Source: Azolla caroliniana
Taxonomy: Eukaryota > Plantae > Polypodiophyta
Assembly: GCA_043228905.1 (NCBI GenBank)
Contig: JBHGNT010000003.1
Span: 25,420,001-25,484,000 of the forward strand
Reading direction: 5' to 3'
DNA: 64,000 nt
The notes under the pieces were generated by a model. The model saw only the letters and a list, made by a program, of their open reading frames with translations. It did no database searches and was not told the DNA's origin. Within the stretch, counting starts at the first letter, position 1; the number at the start of each line of letters is the position of its first letter. This document shows positions 62,501 to 64,000 of this stretch, in pieces. The position numbers and the translations under genes are program-made.

Positions 62501-64000
62501 TCTTGGGCTCGAAGATGTTTTTTAACTGTAATTGGGTAATATGTACCACCTTTCACAGTTGAATCATTTGCCACCAGCATGCAAAGTTTTTCATGAATCA
62601 AACCTATCCCTGTTACAATGCCTCCAGATGGCAGCGACTCGTCGTACAATTGATGTCCAGCAAGCTTTTTCCAATGTCAAAAAGCATATAATGTTTTCTT
62701 TCACTTGATATTCGTAAAAACATGGATCAAATTAAATAAAGGACAAAATTCCAAAACGCCCCTAAATTTTTGGATATTTATGAGAATACCTCTTGCACTT
62801 CAAAATTCTATTCCTATATAGGGATATTCTGGTATCTTTTTAGTATTGTTAATGTCCAAAACGTTAGGGATATTTAGGGGTTTTCTTTGCCCTTGAATCA
62901 ATGCATATAATAACTTGCAGAAAATACTGCATGCATAGGATTCGTGCCAGTAAATAATGGAGGTTAAACCACTGAACAAAACCATAAATAGGAGGCATAA
63001 GTTCCTCTTAGTTACCTGAGATAGCTCCAAAAAAGGTGAAGAAGGATCCAGAAGATGATTAATGCGCTCCCGGGGCAAGAGTTTGTTCCTTGCTCTATGT
63101 CTTTCTACGGTTTTACTACCCCCTCCTTCAAGTGCCTGAAAAATCATAAACAACATGGGTGTGAAGCATTTACACAAGTTCCTCATGATAAGGTATAAGA
63201 TTTACTCTTTCAAGGCTTCATTTTACTAGAGTCTGGTCTCAAATATATACTTTGAAAATATGAACTTCACTTAAGAGTTATATCAAAGGACATATTCATT
63301 AAAGTTTGAATCTTCAGATGTTCAAATTTGCTTCAGGATTGCACAATCAACTTAAAATGCAATGGACGAACCAGCCATTTGATTGATCTTGAAACATTTA
63401 TATCCTATTTCAGTATCCAGTTACAATCAACTTTAGCAATGAGTGCATAACAAGGAAACATATAGAGGCAGATATTTGTTGCACATCTATTTTTGCATGC
63501 TTTTGCTTATCTTTTATGATCAAGACTTTGGAAATATTTATACACTGTCTTTTGCCCCAAAAAATCCATGCACATAGACTAAAAATCAACAAGCGATGTT
63601 TGCAGAAAATAGGCTGATATGAAGTTCTTTATCATTGGTTCTATGGGATATAAATCCCAATCTCCAATATATTTATATCATTGGTTTTGTAGGATGTAAA
63701 TCCCAAGCTCAAATTTTAAGTGAGGACTCACAATGTTCAGGAAACGGATTACAGTGTAACTTGCACTTGCATTATTCTAACACCAACATTAAAAAAATTT
63801 ATTTGATCAAATAAATAACCCCTAAAACTATGACATTTGAATCCTTCGCATATTAAGATGTTTGTGAATACATCAATTTTATGACAGAATCCTTCCTTTT
63901 TGAAACCCAACACAATAAAACAATTTAATTAGATAAAAAAAAGAGTGGAAGATTGCTCTACCTTATCAATATGTCGGTGCAGCTCGGCAACAAGATCAGC
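56592..64000 (-). CDS. MCCB: 3-methylcrotonoyl-CoA carboxylase beta subunit, mitochondrial (5' end outside the window)
   Basis: Exons >64000-63962, 63135-63016, 62664-62230, 61972-61882, 59363-59122, 59045-58881, 58789-58715, 57963-57832, 57753-57697 and 56795-56592 are frame consistent. Motifs: [63 protein letters not shown], terminal GVFRM. Confidence 0.97.
60229..60675 (-). mobile_element. Solo LTR (447 bp) in an MCCB intron
   Basis: TG...CA termini with a 17-bp imperfect inverted repeat (tgtaaagaatctaactc vs reverse complement of gagctagattctcaaca). 5-bp flanks ctggc (60224-60228) and ctagc (60676-60680) form a TSD with 1 mismatch. Minus-strand TATATAAAA at 60432-60440. Confidence 0.78.

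Overview
This is AT-rich, intron-rich eukaryotic nuclear DNA from a land plant. A non-seed plant such as a fern is plausible from the repeat types and gene content, but that is inference. The ORF track is mostly uninformative, so genes were rebuilt by hand from GT-AG splice sites and checked for frame continuity. There are eight protein-coding genes: a RING-H2 protein (+, 6051-8728), an IAH1/CPRD49-like GDSL esterase (+, 12729-15760), TFIIB (-, 17511-23991), a 9-exon NodB/CE4 polysaccharide deacetylase missed entirely by the ORF track (-, 26508-30014), a PUX7-like UBX protein (-, 31792-40038), a 15-exon TPR membrane protein (-, 42076-50808), a single-exon P-class PPR protein with two internal repeat expansions (+, 52798-54711), and methylcrotonoyl-CoA carboxylase beta (-, 56592 to beyond 64000). 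Introns and intergenic DNA hold decayed LINEs, copia RT relics, a solo LTR with a 5-bp TSD, a hAT BED-finger relic, MITE-like inverted repeats, many short tandem duplications and a perfect 37-bp palindrome. The top finding is the intact, spliced chitin/peptidoglycan-deacetylase-family gene in a plant. No RNA genes or CRISPR arrays are supported.
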